From contig CAVPXM010000017.1 in NCBI GenBank assembly GCA_963709405.1, positions 1 through 25,864 of the forward strand: a stretch of DNA of 25,864 nucleotides, given 5' to 3'. The position numbers were made by a program, and so were the translations under genes. The notes below the pieces were generated by a model. That model had not been told where the DNA came from and did not search any database. It saw only the letters and a program-made list of their open reading frames with translations. The stretch comes from an uncultured Nitrososphaerales archaeon. Its GTDB lineage: Archaea > Thermoproteota > Nitrososphaeria > Nitrososphaerales > Nitrososphaeraceae. Below, piece by piece: positions 1-10,172 of this stretch; within the stretch, counting starts at the first letter, position 1; every line of letters starts with the position of its first letter.

Positions 1-162
1 GGTGAATACTTCAACCATGTAAAATGGTGGACGTTCGCTCTTCTCTAGTTCACGTACTAATATGTCATGAACGAGTGCAGGATCTATTTTTGGAAGGTAC
101 ATATGATATAGTGTCTCCAGTCCCTGGAAAACATTCCTTATTTCCTGTAGTTCTGTCGTCAT
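1..162 (-). CDS. Conserved hypothetical protein, 5' part only (runs off the left edge)
   Basis: Hand translation of the minus strand: MTTELQEIRNVFQGLETLYHMYLPKIDPALVHDILVRELEKSERPPFYMVEVFT..., open to position 1. Resembles a Nitrososphaera-type hypothetical family. Alternative starts at 165/168. Confidence 0.7.
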   Translation of the reverse strand, partial: MTTELQEIRNVFQGLETLYHMYLPKIDPALVHDILVRELEKSERPPFYMVEVFT

Positions 163-1029
163 CATCACTTATTATTATACACCCTCTTTCCCATGATGAT
201 GACGTAGGCCAGTTTGATGTACCATCAAGACTGTTTTAACTTCCTTGAATATGCAAGGTCTTATTTTCTTGTCCTTTATTCTGCAGGTGGTAGAGTGTCA
301 CGCCAATTCGAGTGATATATAGGTAACAACAAATCCGATAACTACATACAGGAGGTTTTCAATCATCATTATTTATACAATATCTAAATGCTGTTAATTA
401 ATCTGAGTAAAAACTATTTATGATTAATCGGAATAAGGTTTTGTATTATAAAGCAGTTAATTATTGGGGGCGTACTGGATTGCCAATTCTATAAATAAGA
501 CTTGTTTAATACATGATGACATTTTCTAACTGGCAAATATCAATACCTGTAACTGGGAGATCATGTAAATACTATAGCCGGAAATATCAGAACTGTTCTA
601 AATTATTTCAGCAGTAAAAATTAGTCCCGTTCAAAATGTGTGGGAGAAAATATCGTAAAGCATAGTTCTTAGTCGGTAAACTCATCATAGTTACTCAGAA
701 TCTGCTTCTTTGGATCGATACATCGTTGAAAGTCTGTAATTATATCTGAACCGGCACAACGGTCAAAGTGGGATTAAGAACAGAGATTAGGAAAGCCCAC
801 GGTAATAGGTGATAATCAAGTGACGTGAAGTGAACAAGCAAATGTGTTTGTATCGGCCTGAATTGAAGACATTAACTCGGGAAGATCTCGTTATTTAATT
901 TGGGAAATGGATTATAACGAAAAAATGCGTTTTAAACTTAAGGATCGAATCCTAGAGGTTGAACTATCCTTACGAGTAAACAATATTCCATTAATTGAAC
1001 ACACTGGGAATATAACAAGACCTCTCCCC

Positions 1030-1272
1030 TCACTCAGGCATTCCTTCTTTTTGCCATCGCTGAATTAATTTAACTCCATTTATTGGAAAATCTCTCAATC
1101 TAGGCGTTTTATCCCAATTATTTTGATCCAAACTTCACCTCCTTATGATTTCAAGTACATAATCTTTAAAGCTTGTTAGAGTTCTGAGGTTTGCAGTCTG
1201 ATCAAACAAATTCTCGCGTTTCTCTTTGGAGTGAAACCATGGAAAGTAACGTACATAATACTCAAATAGTAA
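1030..1272 (-). pseudogene. C-terminal fragment of a larger protein with one internal TGA; weak resemblance to the end of VioB/RebD-like domains
   Basis: Reads LLFEYYVRYFPWFHSKEKRENLFDQTANLRTLTSFKDYVLEIIRR*SLDQNNWDKTPRLRDFPINGVKLIQRWQKEGMPE*. Internal TGA at 1135-1137, terminal TGA at 1030-1032. Family guess rests only on the YY..FP and PR.RD...RW motifs. Confidence 0.4.
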
Positions 1273-1308
1273 AGGGTAATGTGATTCTCGAAGCTGAGCT
1301 TTGATTTA
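1245..1308. repeat. Left copy of a perfect 64-bp inverted repeat (partner 9883-9946)
   Basis: agtaacgtacataatactcaaatagtaaagggtaatgtgattctcgaagctgagctttgattta is the exact reverse complement of 9883-9946. Confidence 0.95.
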
Positions 1309-1864
1309 AAAAGTAACTTCGAATGATATGACAGGTCCCCTAGTATTCAAAAAAACATAATTGAAAAAAAGATATGAATACAACGAGGGCCCTGAACTTA
1401 GATTAGATTATTTAACATAGGCATTGAAACTTGGGTTTAAGATTTTTTTCAATATATAAACTACACCGTCATAGCCTGTAATACATCGTCATACGTTCTT
1501 AGACGATAATAGTTACTAATTACCAGCACGATGGTAACGCATGCTGAGTTAGAAGTGGAACAATCATATTAGTACTGCGACTAAATGACATTAAAGATCA
1601 TGATCCCAAATCGCACCGCTATATCTTCTGTCAGGGATCATCTCTAGACTTAAAGAGCTAGAAGTGTGCGTTCTAGAATGCTTGTGATGATTAAGCCATA
1701 TTGCCAGACAACAATTTCCCAGGCTCTAATCTGAGATTCGCTGATGTCTCACAAGTACAAATCTACACTTTTCTAAAGGATAAATCTTGTTACACTGACA
1801 CACAATGTAACGAAATATGGAGGTCAAGTGTAGCAATGTCTCAGAAGGCCAGCATTTTGCATTC

Positions 1865-2497
1865 CTATTTCTTGTCTTTTGGATAAACAAATTTTTCTTT
1901 AGTTGACGAATTCTGGTCACTTGGTCCGTGATAGTCCTCCGGGTATGCCTCATTTATCAGTTGACTAACAGCTTCCCCTGTTGGCAATGGAGCATTTCTG
2001 TCAACTTCATATTTGAAAATTTCTGGATAATCTATATCCAATATGACATTTCTGCCGACTGCGATTATATGTGATTTAGGAATATCATATCTATAACCTC
2101 GATCTCCAAAGACAACTATCTTATCAGGTGTTTCTTTCATAATATATCCAACATGATCTTCATTATTCGCTCGTACTCCCTTGTTAAACAGAGATTTCGG
2201 GTATTCTCTTTCATAAGTTCCAAGATCAATCCTCCCAGATGGTGAAGTCCATGGGTCTTCACGGCTAGACGGGAGTGGGTCTTCACGATTAACTTTGTAC
2301 TTGTCTACAATATCCTTGAAACTAAGACCAATTAGAACGTTAGCACCAGTTTGCTGAATTTCAGAGATTGGTATATCATACCTTTCGTTCTTCCCTCCAA
2401 ATACAATAATCTTATCAGGGGTCTCTCTTACAACATGTCCTATATCAGGTGAATCAAGAGCTTTTACCCCCTTGTTGAAGTACTTCCCCGAAGTCAT
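1865..2497 (-). CDS. Hypothetical protein with two tandem PRC-barrel-like repeats (210 aa)
   Basis: Internal duplication: FNKGV...IGHVVRETPDKIIVFG...RYDIP...PLP versus FNKGV...VGYIMKETPDKIVVFG...RYDIP...PLP. PRC-like fold is an inference. Confidence 0.85.
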   Translation of the reverse strand: MTSGKYFNKGVKALDSPDIGHVVRETPDKIIVFGGKNERYDIPISEIQQTGANVLIGLSFKDIVDKYKVNREDPLPSSREDPWTSPSGRIDLGTYEREYPKSLFNKGVRANNEDHVGYIMKETPDKIVVFGDRGYRYDIPKSHIIAVGRNVILDIDYPEIFKYEVDRNAPLPTGEAVSQLINEAYPEDYHGPSDQNSSTKEKFVYPKDKK

Positions 2498-2843
2498 CCT
2501 TTTTCATAAATATGATATCGAACCAATTATTTAATGATTTATTTATCTGGCTTTTTCAGTTTGAGGAATTGATTTTAGCATGAATTTTAGTTTACTGACA
2601 CTAATTAAAATCAACGTTTGCACGAAATGGCGAGCTCTGTATATTATTAATTCGTCTAAAACGTATAGATATTCATGTGTTGTAGATTTCGGTTAGATTT
2701 TATGCCGCCGTCGGCAAGATTACTCTCGACCTTGTAATTCCCATTGTTTATTTATCGTTAATACCTGACTTAATCCCTTGGTTTAGTTCTAAACAAATCG
2801 ATATATATGATATACTATATTATAAATGTGAAAAGGAGAGATA

Positions 2844-3182
2844 ATGAATAATACTCTTAAACCAATTATAAAAAGACAGTTACTGTTTATTGGAGGAAGT
2901 TTAGCAGTTTGCTTTGTAGTCAGTTATGTTTTTGGTTATTTCGTAGGAATTATTTTAAATATGGTAATATTTGTAGGAATCTTGTTCTACATTAGAAAAA
3001 AACAGCTTAGTGCGTTAAAATCTTTGGGCTTTAGCAATGAGAAAGCAGGCGGAGAAGGTTTCAACTGGTTCAATACGGATCCAGTGAAAGTAAGGTATGT
3101 CTGCCTAGGCTGTGGAGCAGAAATTAGTGGTATTAGTAGTTGCAACAAATGTGGCTCGAAAATGAAAAGACCTATTTTTTAG
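2844..3182 (+). CDS. Small membrane protein with C-terminal zinc ribbon (112 aa)
   Basis: Two N-terminal hydrophobic helices, then CLGC...CNKC. TATA-like tattataaa and aggag just upstream. Confidence 0.8.
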   Translation: MNNTLKPIIKRQLLFIGGSLAVCFVVSYVFGYFVGIILNMVIFVGILFYIRKKQLSALKSLGFSNEKAGGEGFNWFNTDPVKVRYVCLGCGAEISGISSCNKCGSKMKRPIF

Positions 3183-3234
3183 TGGAAGAACGCGCACCGA
3201 ATTATTAAAGAGACAGTAATATTTAGCTACGCGT

Positions 3235-3894
3235 CCTAGAACCATATCTACCGACACTACTGACGGAAGGCAAGTTATTGTTTTTAACAAGGATGAGGTA
3301 CTTGCAAGGTTTAAACAGGCAAACTTTTTGGATTGTAGGATAAATGCTTATCCTTATGATGGTGGGAGGAAGAAGATTGGTAACTTGCAGAGAATTGATC
3401 TAGTTATGATAGATCTGGATCAATCCAATTTTGGATCAAGACTAGCATTATATAGTGCCTTAGCTAAAACTTTAAGAAATATTAAAGATACTTTTGGGAT
3501 AGAGTTTAAATCATCTGTATTATGGTCTGGGAATGGATATCATATCTATATTCCTATGGAATCTAGAAATACTTTGGAGGAAAGACCTGAGTTTAACAGA
3601 TTCGAAGAACCGTCTAAACAACTACTCAGGTTTGTAGAATGGTATTTGTCAAATGGTAAATGTGATCTTGTACATAATAATACTGTTTCATTTAATAATT
3701 GCATGTTAAGAATTCCAGGATCACATAATTCTAAATGCATTCAAAGAAATGATGGCAAAGCAGATTCTTCCACACAAGTCGGAATAATTAACCGATGGAA
3801 CGATATAAGGGCACCTATCTACTTGTTGATTGGCAGCTTTCTTGCTTATCTTGTCGGCCATAAAATGAATGAAATTGAAAGACACAGTTTATGA
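3235..3894 (+). pseudogene. Archaeo-eukaryotic primase (AEP/primpol) domain remnant of mobile-element type
   Basis: Motifs IDLD, WSGNGYHIY and LRIPGS. The frame stays open upstream of the TTG at 3328 (PRTISTDTTDGRQVIVFNKDEVLARFKQANFLDCRINAYP) to a stop at 3217 with no proper start. The C-terminal helical domain usual in such proteins appears absent. Confidence 0.75.
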
Positions 3895-4147
3895 TACAAC
3901 TGAAGATGTTTCAAGCTATATGTCTATCTATTTTTGGGATTGTTTCTAAGTATCTTTCCTAACCATTTGACTATGTACACTAAATATTAAGCATAGGGAA
4001 AAAGTTCTCCATAGTTTTATTACAATGTATTCAGTTAATTATTATTCTCATAATAGAGAATTTACATTTAATATAAATAATGCAATTTAGTTAGGCACAC
4101 CTAAGTATGAAACAAGAAAAAGAAAAAAGAATGATAAAATTCTGGAT

Positions 4148-4931
4148 ATGACAAAACCTATCATGACGTTCCTCTTTATTGCAGGTTTGCTAATTATGGC
4201 CTCGGCGCTACAATCAACAACATACATTTTCAACATGCACATCGTTTCGAAGATGGCCTTTGCACAGCAGCAGAAGACATCTACAGGGATAATCTCCAAA
4301 GTTCGTACCCTACTAAACCAAACCTTAAATGAGTACAGAAATCAAAACTTTACTGGTGCTCAAAGTCTTGCTACCAGCGCATATTTAGATCACTTTGAAT
4401 TCATCGAAGTGCCATTAGAGAAACACGACAAAGCATTGAAAAATGATACAGAGATAATGCTAAGAGAGAAATTGAGACAAATGATAAGTCAAAGCACCTG
4501 TAGAAAATATCCAGCAATTAATAAATAAAATAAACATAAACTTAGATAAAGCAGAATCACTACTAGCTAATGAGTTACCCACACAAACAATAACGTCTGC
4601 AACCAGTTCTGCCAGTCAAACTAACCTAACTACTAATTCGTCTTCTTTGAATACAATGAAAGTGAGAATCATAGCAGACGAGGCTGAAGAACCCTATATG
4701 CCCGGTTCGATAATTATCAACAATGGAGATAAAGTAGGCTGGATAAACACTGATGTGGAGGCTCATACTGTGACATCGGGACTGGCAAGCAGTACTGACA
4801 GGGGCAAACAATTTAATTCAGGACTATTAAATGCCAATCAAACCTTTGAACATACTTTTGATAAACCTGGTACATATAGTTACTATTGCACAATTCATCC
4901 AATAATGACAGGACTGGTAAATGTCAACTAA
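4148..4931 (+). pseudogene. Frameshifted exported protein: signal/TM segment, FTR1-associated-type helical domain, S/T linker, cupredoxin (type-1 Cu)
   Basis: ORFs 4148 and 4647 join by one frame change near 4490 (...LRQMI / KAPVENIQQLINKININLDKAESLLANE...). AYLDHFEFIE motif in the first half. HTVT...YYCTIHPIM supplies His/Cys/His/Met ligands. Confidence 0.75.
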
Positions 4932-5887
4932 GAGATCTGCATACACAAGAACTATGGGGTTTGTACTGCAAGAACAACAACAACTCCATCCATCTTTTTA
5001 TTTCTAATTATCCGTTAGATTCCTGATTACAATTAGGCTAACCGAATTCCTTAACAGTAGACAAGTCATTCATTCGTTTGGAAAGCACATCTTGCTGCAG
5101 AAGAAACAGCCAGCTGCTTTATTGATTAATAGATATTTCTGCTTTATTGCATAACTAAGCAAATCGCAAGTACTTGAGAATAAGCCGGTAACATTGTATT
5201 AATTAATGTCTTGTATTTATCTTAAACATGACTTTTCTACACCATAAGAGACGAGGATCAGAGTCATACAACAAAGCAGATATTTCTGCAAAAGTGGTTA
5301 AATATTATTAGAATTAGCTATTGTAGCTGTGCCGTGGTAGGACATCTACTGATGATAATTGCTACTAATTACTTTCGACGGATTTTACACGGCAAAAGCA
5401 AAGAAGAATCATCACGCTACTGGCGGGGATAAAACAAATATCGATTTCTTAACTTTAATAAATCTGTCATGCTCATTATACGAAAGTATACAAAACTATT
5501 ATCTTCAGTAGTAGATCCGAATTATGGCTGGACATCCAACAATCATTATTCCTGGACATAGGTGAATCCATTATCCATTACCTCGACTGGCTTGAACTCA
5601 CTAATTACACTAATCTAATCAAGCTGAGTCAAATAAATAAATTAAAGGATTTGTCTATACTACTTGGAAGGCATCTCGTCTCTCTCCACTAGAAGCTCTA
5701 AGAAGATAACTTAATTTTGCGACTAAATTAACCAACCAACAGAAATAATGGAAAATAACATGGTCCATCTGAATAATGAGAATTGTGTTTATGACCACAG
5801 TAACAGATGTCAATTATCACTTGACGTTTACTATTATTGTCATTGTAGTTCTTTGTTTGTTTTCTGTGACTCCTATTGGCAAAATAT

Positions 5888-6562
5888 CTACACTGTTATT
5901 TGTCTTCTCTCAAGTTCTTGCAGTCTTGTCGTTATAGTCACAAGTTGGTCTGACAAATGTGCTATTGCATCATCTTTCATTTTATCACGGTCTCTCATTG
6001 ATTGATTCAGTTGCTCTAATTCTTCCACCTTTGTTCGTATATCTGCACCTTGTCTTTCTAACTGATGAACATTTAGGAAGGTTAGATAAGGTTCAATCTT
6101 ACGAAATATCTCTGCTTTCTCTGAATCTTTTTTGCGCCAGTACGTAGAACCAGAATGTCCTATAAAATATTCGGAATAATCTGCATATCCAAGATCAGAT
6201 ATAGTAGTCTTAACAAATCTTCTAAATGAATGAAGAGTAATTTGTCTTCGTCGTTCGTTACCATCTTATCTAGCACCTTTGCCAATACGATCTAGTGTCC
6301 TTTGAAAGATTTTGAGCAATTCATTATAGAGCCAAAGATAGTTTGGATTTTCAATAGGATTTTCAATATCTTGATAAACTGCAAATATTAAATCAGTATG
6401 CTTCCTAATAGGACTTCGATATTCTGTAATTGATTTTCCACTTTGCTTGTCTTTGTAGCAAATTCTCCTGGTTCGATATTTATAATCCAACCACGACTTT
6501 AATTGACGGCCTACTTCATCAGTTAGAAAAATTATTCTATCTGTTCTAGTCTTTGTATACTC
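5888..6562 (-). pseudogene. Tyrosine recombinase/integrase, C-terminal half with in-frame stop
   Basis: EYTKTRTDRIIFLTDE...IGKGAR*DGNERRRQITLHSFRRFVKTTISDLGYADYSEYFIGHSGSTYW... followed by a coiled coil. HxxR, GH and catalytic Tyr present. Premature TAA at 6266-6268, true stop 5888-5890, N-terminal half missing. Confidence 0.9.
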
Positions 6563-6736
6563 GCAATATTATTTTCGTTCACGCGTATGTGGGAGATAAA
6601 CTGTCTTTGAATCTCTTTAATCTATGTGCGTCAGTCCATCCTTTAGTCTATAGAATTTTTACTCATCTACAAATACTAATTAGGCTTATGAAGTGATTTA
6701 AATTATAGGTAGATACAAAACCAGACAATTATTAGG

Positions 6737-7770
6737 TGTTGTACTTGCACGGATAGGTTACATTTTTAATTACCTACATGGGTTACACTTTTCTGTTTAG
6801 TTCCAGTATGTGTACTGGATGTAATTAACCTTTGTAGGAACATCTCCGATGGAGTAAGACCATTTATGCCTCCATGTTCTCTGGTTTCGTTATATGCTTT
6901 AACAAACATGTCGTATCTTTGTTTACCATCATCTATGTTTGGTATATCTTCTAATGCTATGAATTCACTCTTTACAATCTTGTTATATGCTTCTACTTTG
7001 CCCTGTAACTGCGGATATGATTTTGGTATTTGCTTATCTTTTATCTGATTATGTATAAGGAAATGTCTGAATATTCTGGATGTAAACTGTTTACCGTTAT
7101 CATGCATCATCATCTTAGGCTTACCATTAATCATTATCCAGTCCTCTAATACATTAAGAACATCCACTGACCTCTTTCTTTCGGACCACTTGCTAGCTAC
7201 CTTCCTAGAACAATCATCTAAGCAACTAATGATGTAATTCCTTTGACTGGAATTACTCAGATAGAAAGGGCCAAGGATATCCACTTGCACCATATCATTT
7301 GGATGCTTCATGACAAACCGTTTGTAAGTTCTTGCTTTGGCCTTACACATGAGGATATTAAGCCCATGTCTCTTTAGTATCTTGTATATAGTTCGGGTGC
7401 TTAATGAGATTCCAATGATTCTTTTTAGTCGAAACTTGATCCTATTACATCCAAATCTCTTAGTTAATCGTAGATCAAGTATAGTCTCTTCTACTTCTGG
7501 TGTTACCTTCCTGTAGTTGATTTTATGAGGCCTTCTGGAGTTATCTGATAGGCCTTCTATCCCTTTCTGCTTGTATCTATTATTCCACTTGTAGTAAGTC
7601 TTTCTGGATACACCATATCTTTTACAAATATTAGATACTGTATCGCCAGTCCATTCTTTTTCGTGTATTAGATTAAACCTTGTTCTGATTTCTATATGGA
7701 TTCACTTCCCGACAGAAGTGTAACCCATGTCTGTAAGCTATAATGTCACCTATGTTAGTAGAGTACAACA
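6737..7770 (-). mobile_element. IS481-family insertion sequence, copy 1 (1034 bp)
   Basis: Ends TGTTGTACT...AGTACAACA. Each end carries two sub-terminal motifs (ATAGGTKACATT, ATGGGTTACACTT). Perfect 6-bp target duplication ATTAGG at 6731-6736 and 7771-7776. Encodes an HTH plus rve/DDE transposase. Confidence 0.95.
6766..7701 (-). CDS. IS481-family transposase (open frame of about 311 codons, no canonical in-frame start)
   Basis: HTH (ICKRYGVSRKTYYKW) and DDE core (VQVD, LDDCSR, HDNGKQF, GKVEAYN). Frame open from 7701 with no ATG/GTG/TTG until 7350. A GTG at about 7705 is one base out of frame. Confidence 0.8.
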   Translation of the reverse strand: MHIEIRTRFNLIHEKEWTGDTVSNICKRYGVSRKTYYKWNNRYKQKGIEGLSDNSRRPHKINYRKVTPEVEETILDLRLTKRFGCNRIKFRLKRIIGISLSTRTIYKILKRHGLNILMCKAKARTYKRFVMKHPNDMVQVDILGPFYLSNSSQRNYIISCLDDCSRKVASKWSERKRSVDVLNVLEDWIMINGKPKMMMHDNGKQFTSRIFRHFLIHNQIKDKQIPKSYPQLQGKVEAYNKIVKSEFIALEDIPNIDDGKQRYDMFVKAYNETREHGGINGLTPSEMFLQRLITSSTHTGTKQKSVTHVGN

Positions 7771-8063
7771 ATTAGGAAATAAGGTTATGTTACTTTACTA
7801 TCAAGGGAAACGGTAGAAGACTAAAACTCGAATTTGTTATCTAGGTCTTTCTAATCAATTTTTAACTCTAGAAATATGGCACGCCTCATGATACAATGGA
7901 CATAAAGATATCGTTTCTATTATGGAGCAGTTATTATTGTTTCTGTCTGTCAATGATTCTTTTCACACTCTCTCTACCTATCTTCTCAGTAACTAACTAT
8001 CCATTTGGTTACGTGAGACTTATAAAATATACTTTTCATATGTAGTATGAAAGGTATAGTAAT

Positions 8064-8396
8064 ATGGGTTTATATGGAATATATGGAGAACACACACAAG
8101 AAGCATGCCCACTGTACAATAAACAGGTCAGAGAATACCTATTAAGCCAGACTCCAACTATGGAGAAAAACGCACAAAAGTATGGAGTGAAAATCTTACA
8201 TCAGTTTCACTCTGGGCTTGAGCACACATTTCTTTGGGTGGTGGATGCAGATAATGCACATTCAATAGAGGATCTCATGGCTAGAACTGCAGGAAGATTT
8301 AACACAATAAAAATAGTACCCTTGGTAACTTTTCAAGGTATAATAGAAAGATGTAAGCACATAGAAGAAGGAACATTCTATCTCAGATGCTGCTAA
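8064..8396 (+). CDS. Hypothetical protein, possibly GYD/DUF3303-like ferredoxin-fold (110 aa)
   Basis: Protein-like ORF with HxxExCP and HTFLWVVDAD motifs. TTATAAAA about 40 bp upstream. Family assignment tentative. Confidence 0.7.
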   Translation: MGLYGIYGEHTQEACPLYNKQVREYLLSQTPTMEKNAQKYGVKILHQFHSGLEHTFLWVVDADNAHSIEDLMARTAGRFNTIKIVPLVTFQGIIERCKHIEEGTFYLRCC

Positions 8397-8562
8397 ATAG
8401 GCGATTTGGACAATGAAAAATCAAAACAGGGCAGGGTGTTGTAGTGGATGTTGGTGGTAGTCAAATAATCATGCCACAAGTAAGTTTGGTCTCACTTACC
8501 AAGCAGTGGCAGGATCACTTGCTTACTTAAGTAGTATGGTGTATAGATGAGTAGTAATACCA

Positions 8563-9417
8563 ATGGCTTCTTCCTCTTCATCCAATCAAAAGGTTGCCGT
8601 TGTTACGGGCAGCTCAACTGGGATAGGATACGAAACATCTCTAATCTTGGCAAGAAATGGTTTTCTTACGTATGCGACAATGAGGAATCTTAACAAAAGT
8701 GAAAATATAAAATCAATCGCTACGAAAGAAAACTTACCTATTCATATTAAACAGCTTGACGTTACAGATGATACGTCAGTCAAAAATGCAGTAGAAGCAA
8801 TATCATCTGAGACAGGACGTATAGACATCCTAGTAAATAACGCAGGCTATGGACTTAACGGTGCCTTCGAGGATCTTGCAATGGATGAGATAAAAGCACA
8901 GTATGAAACCAATTTGTTTGGATTGATAAGAACAACTCAAGCAGTCCTTCCGATTATGAGAAGACAAAAATCAGGAACCATTATAAATATTAGCTCTGGC
9001 GCTGGAAGATTTGGTTTTCCTGGGAGCTCGGCTTATGTTAGCACAAAATTTGCAGTTGAAGGACTAAGCGAATCTATGTCATATGAATTAGAGCCATTTG
9101 GTATAAAAGTGGTTTTAGTGGAACCAGGAGTTATTAAAACGAACTTTGTAGACGGTATGATCATTGCAAAGAAATCTCAAGATCCAAAATCTCCATATTC
9201 TCAAATAATCCAGAAAATGGCTACTGGCTTTGAAGAAATGATGAAAAATGGATCTTCTCCTAACCTTGTAGCAAAGGTAGTGCTTAATGCTGTTACAAAT
9301 GAAAATCCTAACCTCAGGTATTTAGCTGGAAATGATGTAGAACAATGGTTGGGGAGTAAAAGGAACATGTCTGATGAAGAGTTTTATAAAATGATGAAGC
9401 AAAATCTGATGATGTAG
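8563..9417 (+). CDS. Classical short-chain dehydrogenase/reductase (17beta-HSD-like subgroup)
   Basis: TGSSTGIG, NNAG, SS and YVSTK (YxxxK) motifs; intact 284 aa. Confidence 0.95.
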   Translation: MASSSSSNQKVAVVTGSSTGIGYETSLILARNGFLTYATMRNLNKSENIKSIATKENLPIHIKQLDVTDDTSVKNAVEAISSETGRIDILVNNAGYGLNGAFEDLAMDEIKAQYETNLFGLIRTTQAVLPIMRRQKSGTIINISSGAGRFGFPGSSAYVSTKFAVEGLSESMSYELEPFGIKVVLVEPGVIKTNFVDGMIIAKKSQDPKSPYSQIIQKMATGFEEMMKNGSSPNLVAKVVLNAVTNENPNLRYLAGNDVEQWLGSKRNMSDEEFYKMMKQNLMM

Positions 9418-9882
9418 AGCATTGTAAAAAAGAGCAAGAGATGCCCATGCGAGTTTAATGGTCTTATACTGGTCACCTGGAATGTCACTACATTCATTGG
9501 CTCTATCTTTATCATATACTCCAGCTAAACCAGCATCCAAGGTGTTCTCCTGAATCGTTACCGTTACATATCCTATCTCCGTTATTTCTTTAGCGCGACT
9601 TTCCCTTTCTCGATACCGTAAGATAAAATATATCTGAGTATATTTCTCCATTGGTCATCGTAGATACTAATTCTCTTAATTGCTACCTTCAAGCTTATTA
9701 GTAGTTGTTATTGAACAAGCTATCATGGATATAATTCTTTGACCTCTGCGAACCGACGCGTGAAATCTGGTGGTACTTGATTGTTTAGAATGGCTTCAAG
9801 CCGATCTAAGGTACGCATGCCAACCAGGGGCAAAACGTAAAGCTGTCGATTTGGTGAGGCGGCTGTGAGTCAGAGTAAGGAG

Positions 9883-9946
9883 TAAATCAAAGCTCAGCTT
9901 CGAGAATCACATTACCCTTTACTATTTGAGTATTATGTACGTTACT
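9883..9946. repeat. Right copy of the perfect 64-bp inverted repeat (partner 1245-1308)
   Basis: Exact reverse complement of 1245-1308; identity stops abruptly on both sides. Confidence 0.95.
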
Positions 9947-9950
9947 GAAC

Positions 9951-10172
9951 TATGATGCCTATGCCCATTGAACCAAGTGATTCTATACATATAACACCTC
10001 ATCTTAGAAAATATTTATTAGATCTCTTGCGTAATTAGCAGTTATGATCTATACTATGTTGCACATCTGTATTAGAAGACACTCTTTACTTGATAGGTAT
10101 AAGCTTCGTAATCCTTTTAATATCAATACCATCTTTCGATGATCAATGTCATCGGCAAAAATATTGGCAAAA
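9951..10172 (+). repeat. Copy A of a three-copy promoter/leader module, upstream of and including the cupin start
   Basis: Shares ctatacat...aaaatatttat, tatgttgcacatctgta and taagcttcgtaatccttttaat...atcaatgtcatcg with 13425-13602 (+) and/or 24877-25168 (-). Confidence 0.75.

Larger units (their letters stand above)
6570..7825. repeat. About 215-bp dispersed segment (6570-6736 plus 7771-7825) interrupted by IS481; inverted paralog at 20072-20284
   Basis: The reverse complement of both IS flanks aligns continuously with 20072-20284, e.g. cctaataattgtctggttttgtatctacctataatttaaatcacttcataagc is identical. Confidence 0.9.

Noticed and set aside
24-239. 71-aa plus-strand ORF
   Set aside because: Antisense shadow of the more convincing minus-strand gene ending at the window edge.
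5748-6147. Two plus-strand Cys/Leu-rich ORFs
   Set aside because: Largely antisense to the integrase C-terminus; no independent motif.
8005-8530. Imperfect inverted 14-mers (ttggttacgtgagac / gtctcacttaccaa) flanking ORF 8064, and small hairpins before the SDR
   Set aside because: Short and imperfect; compatible with chance.
9322-9651. 109-aa minus-strand ORF overlapping the SDR 3' end
   Set aside because: No recognisable motif; may be a fragment, but I cannot support a call.
9728-9870. GC-richer patch with a 48-codon minus-strand frame (LTAASPNRQLYVLPLVG...)
   Set aside because: No start and no recognised motif; likely a fragment but unassignable.
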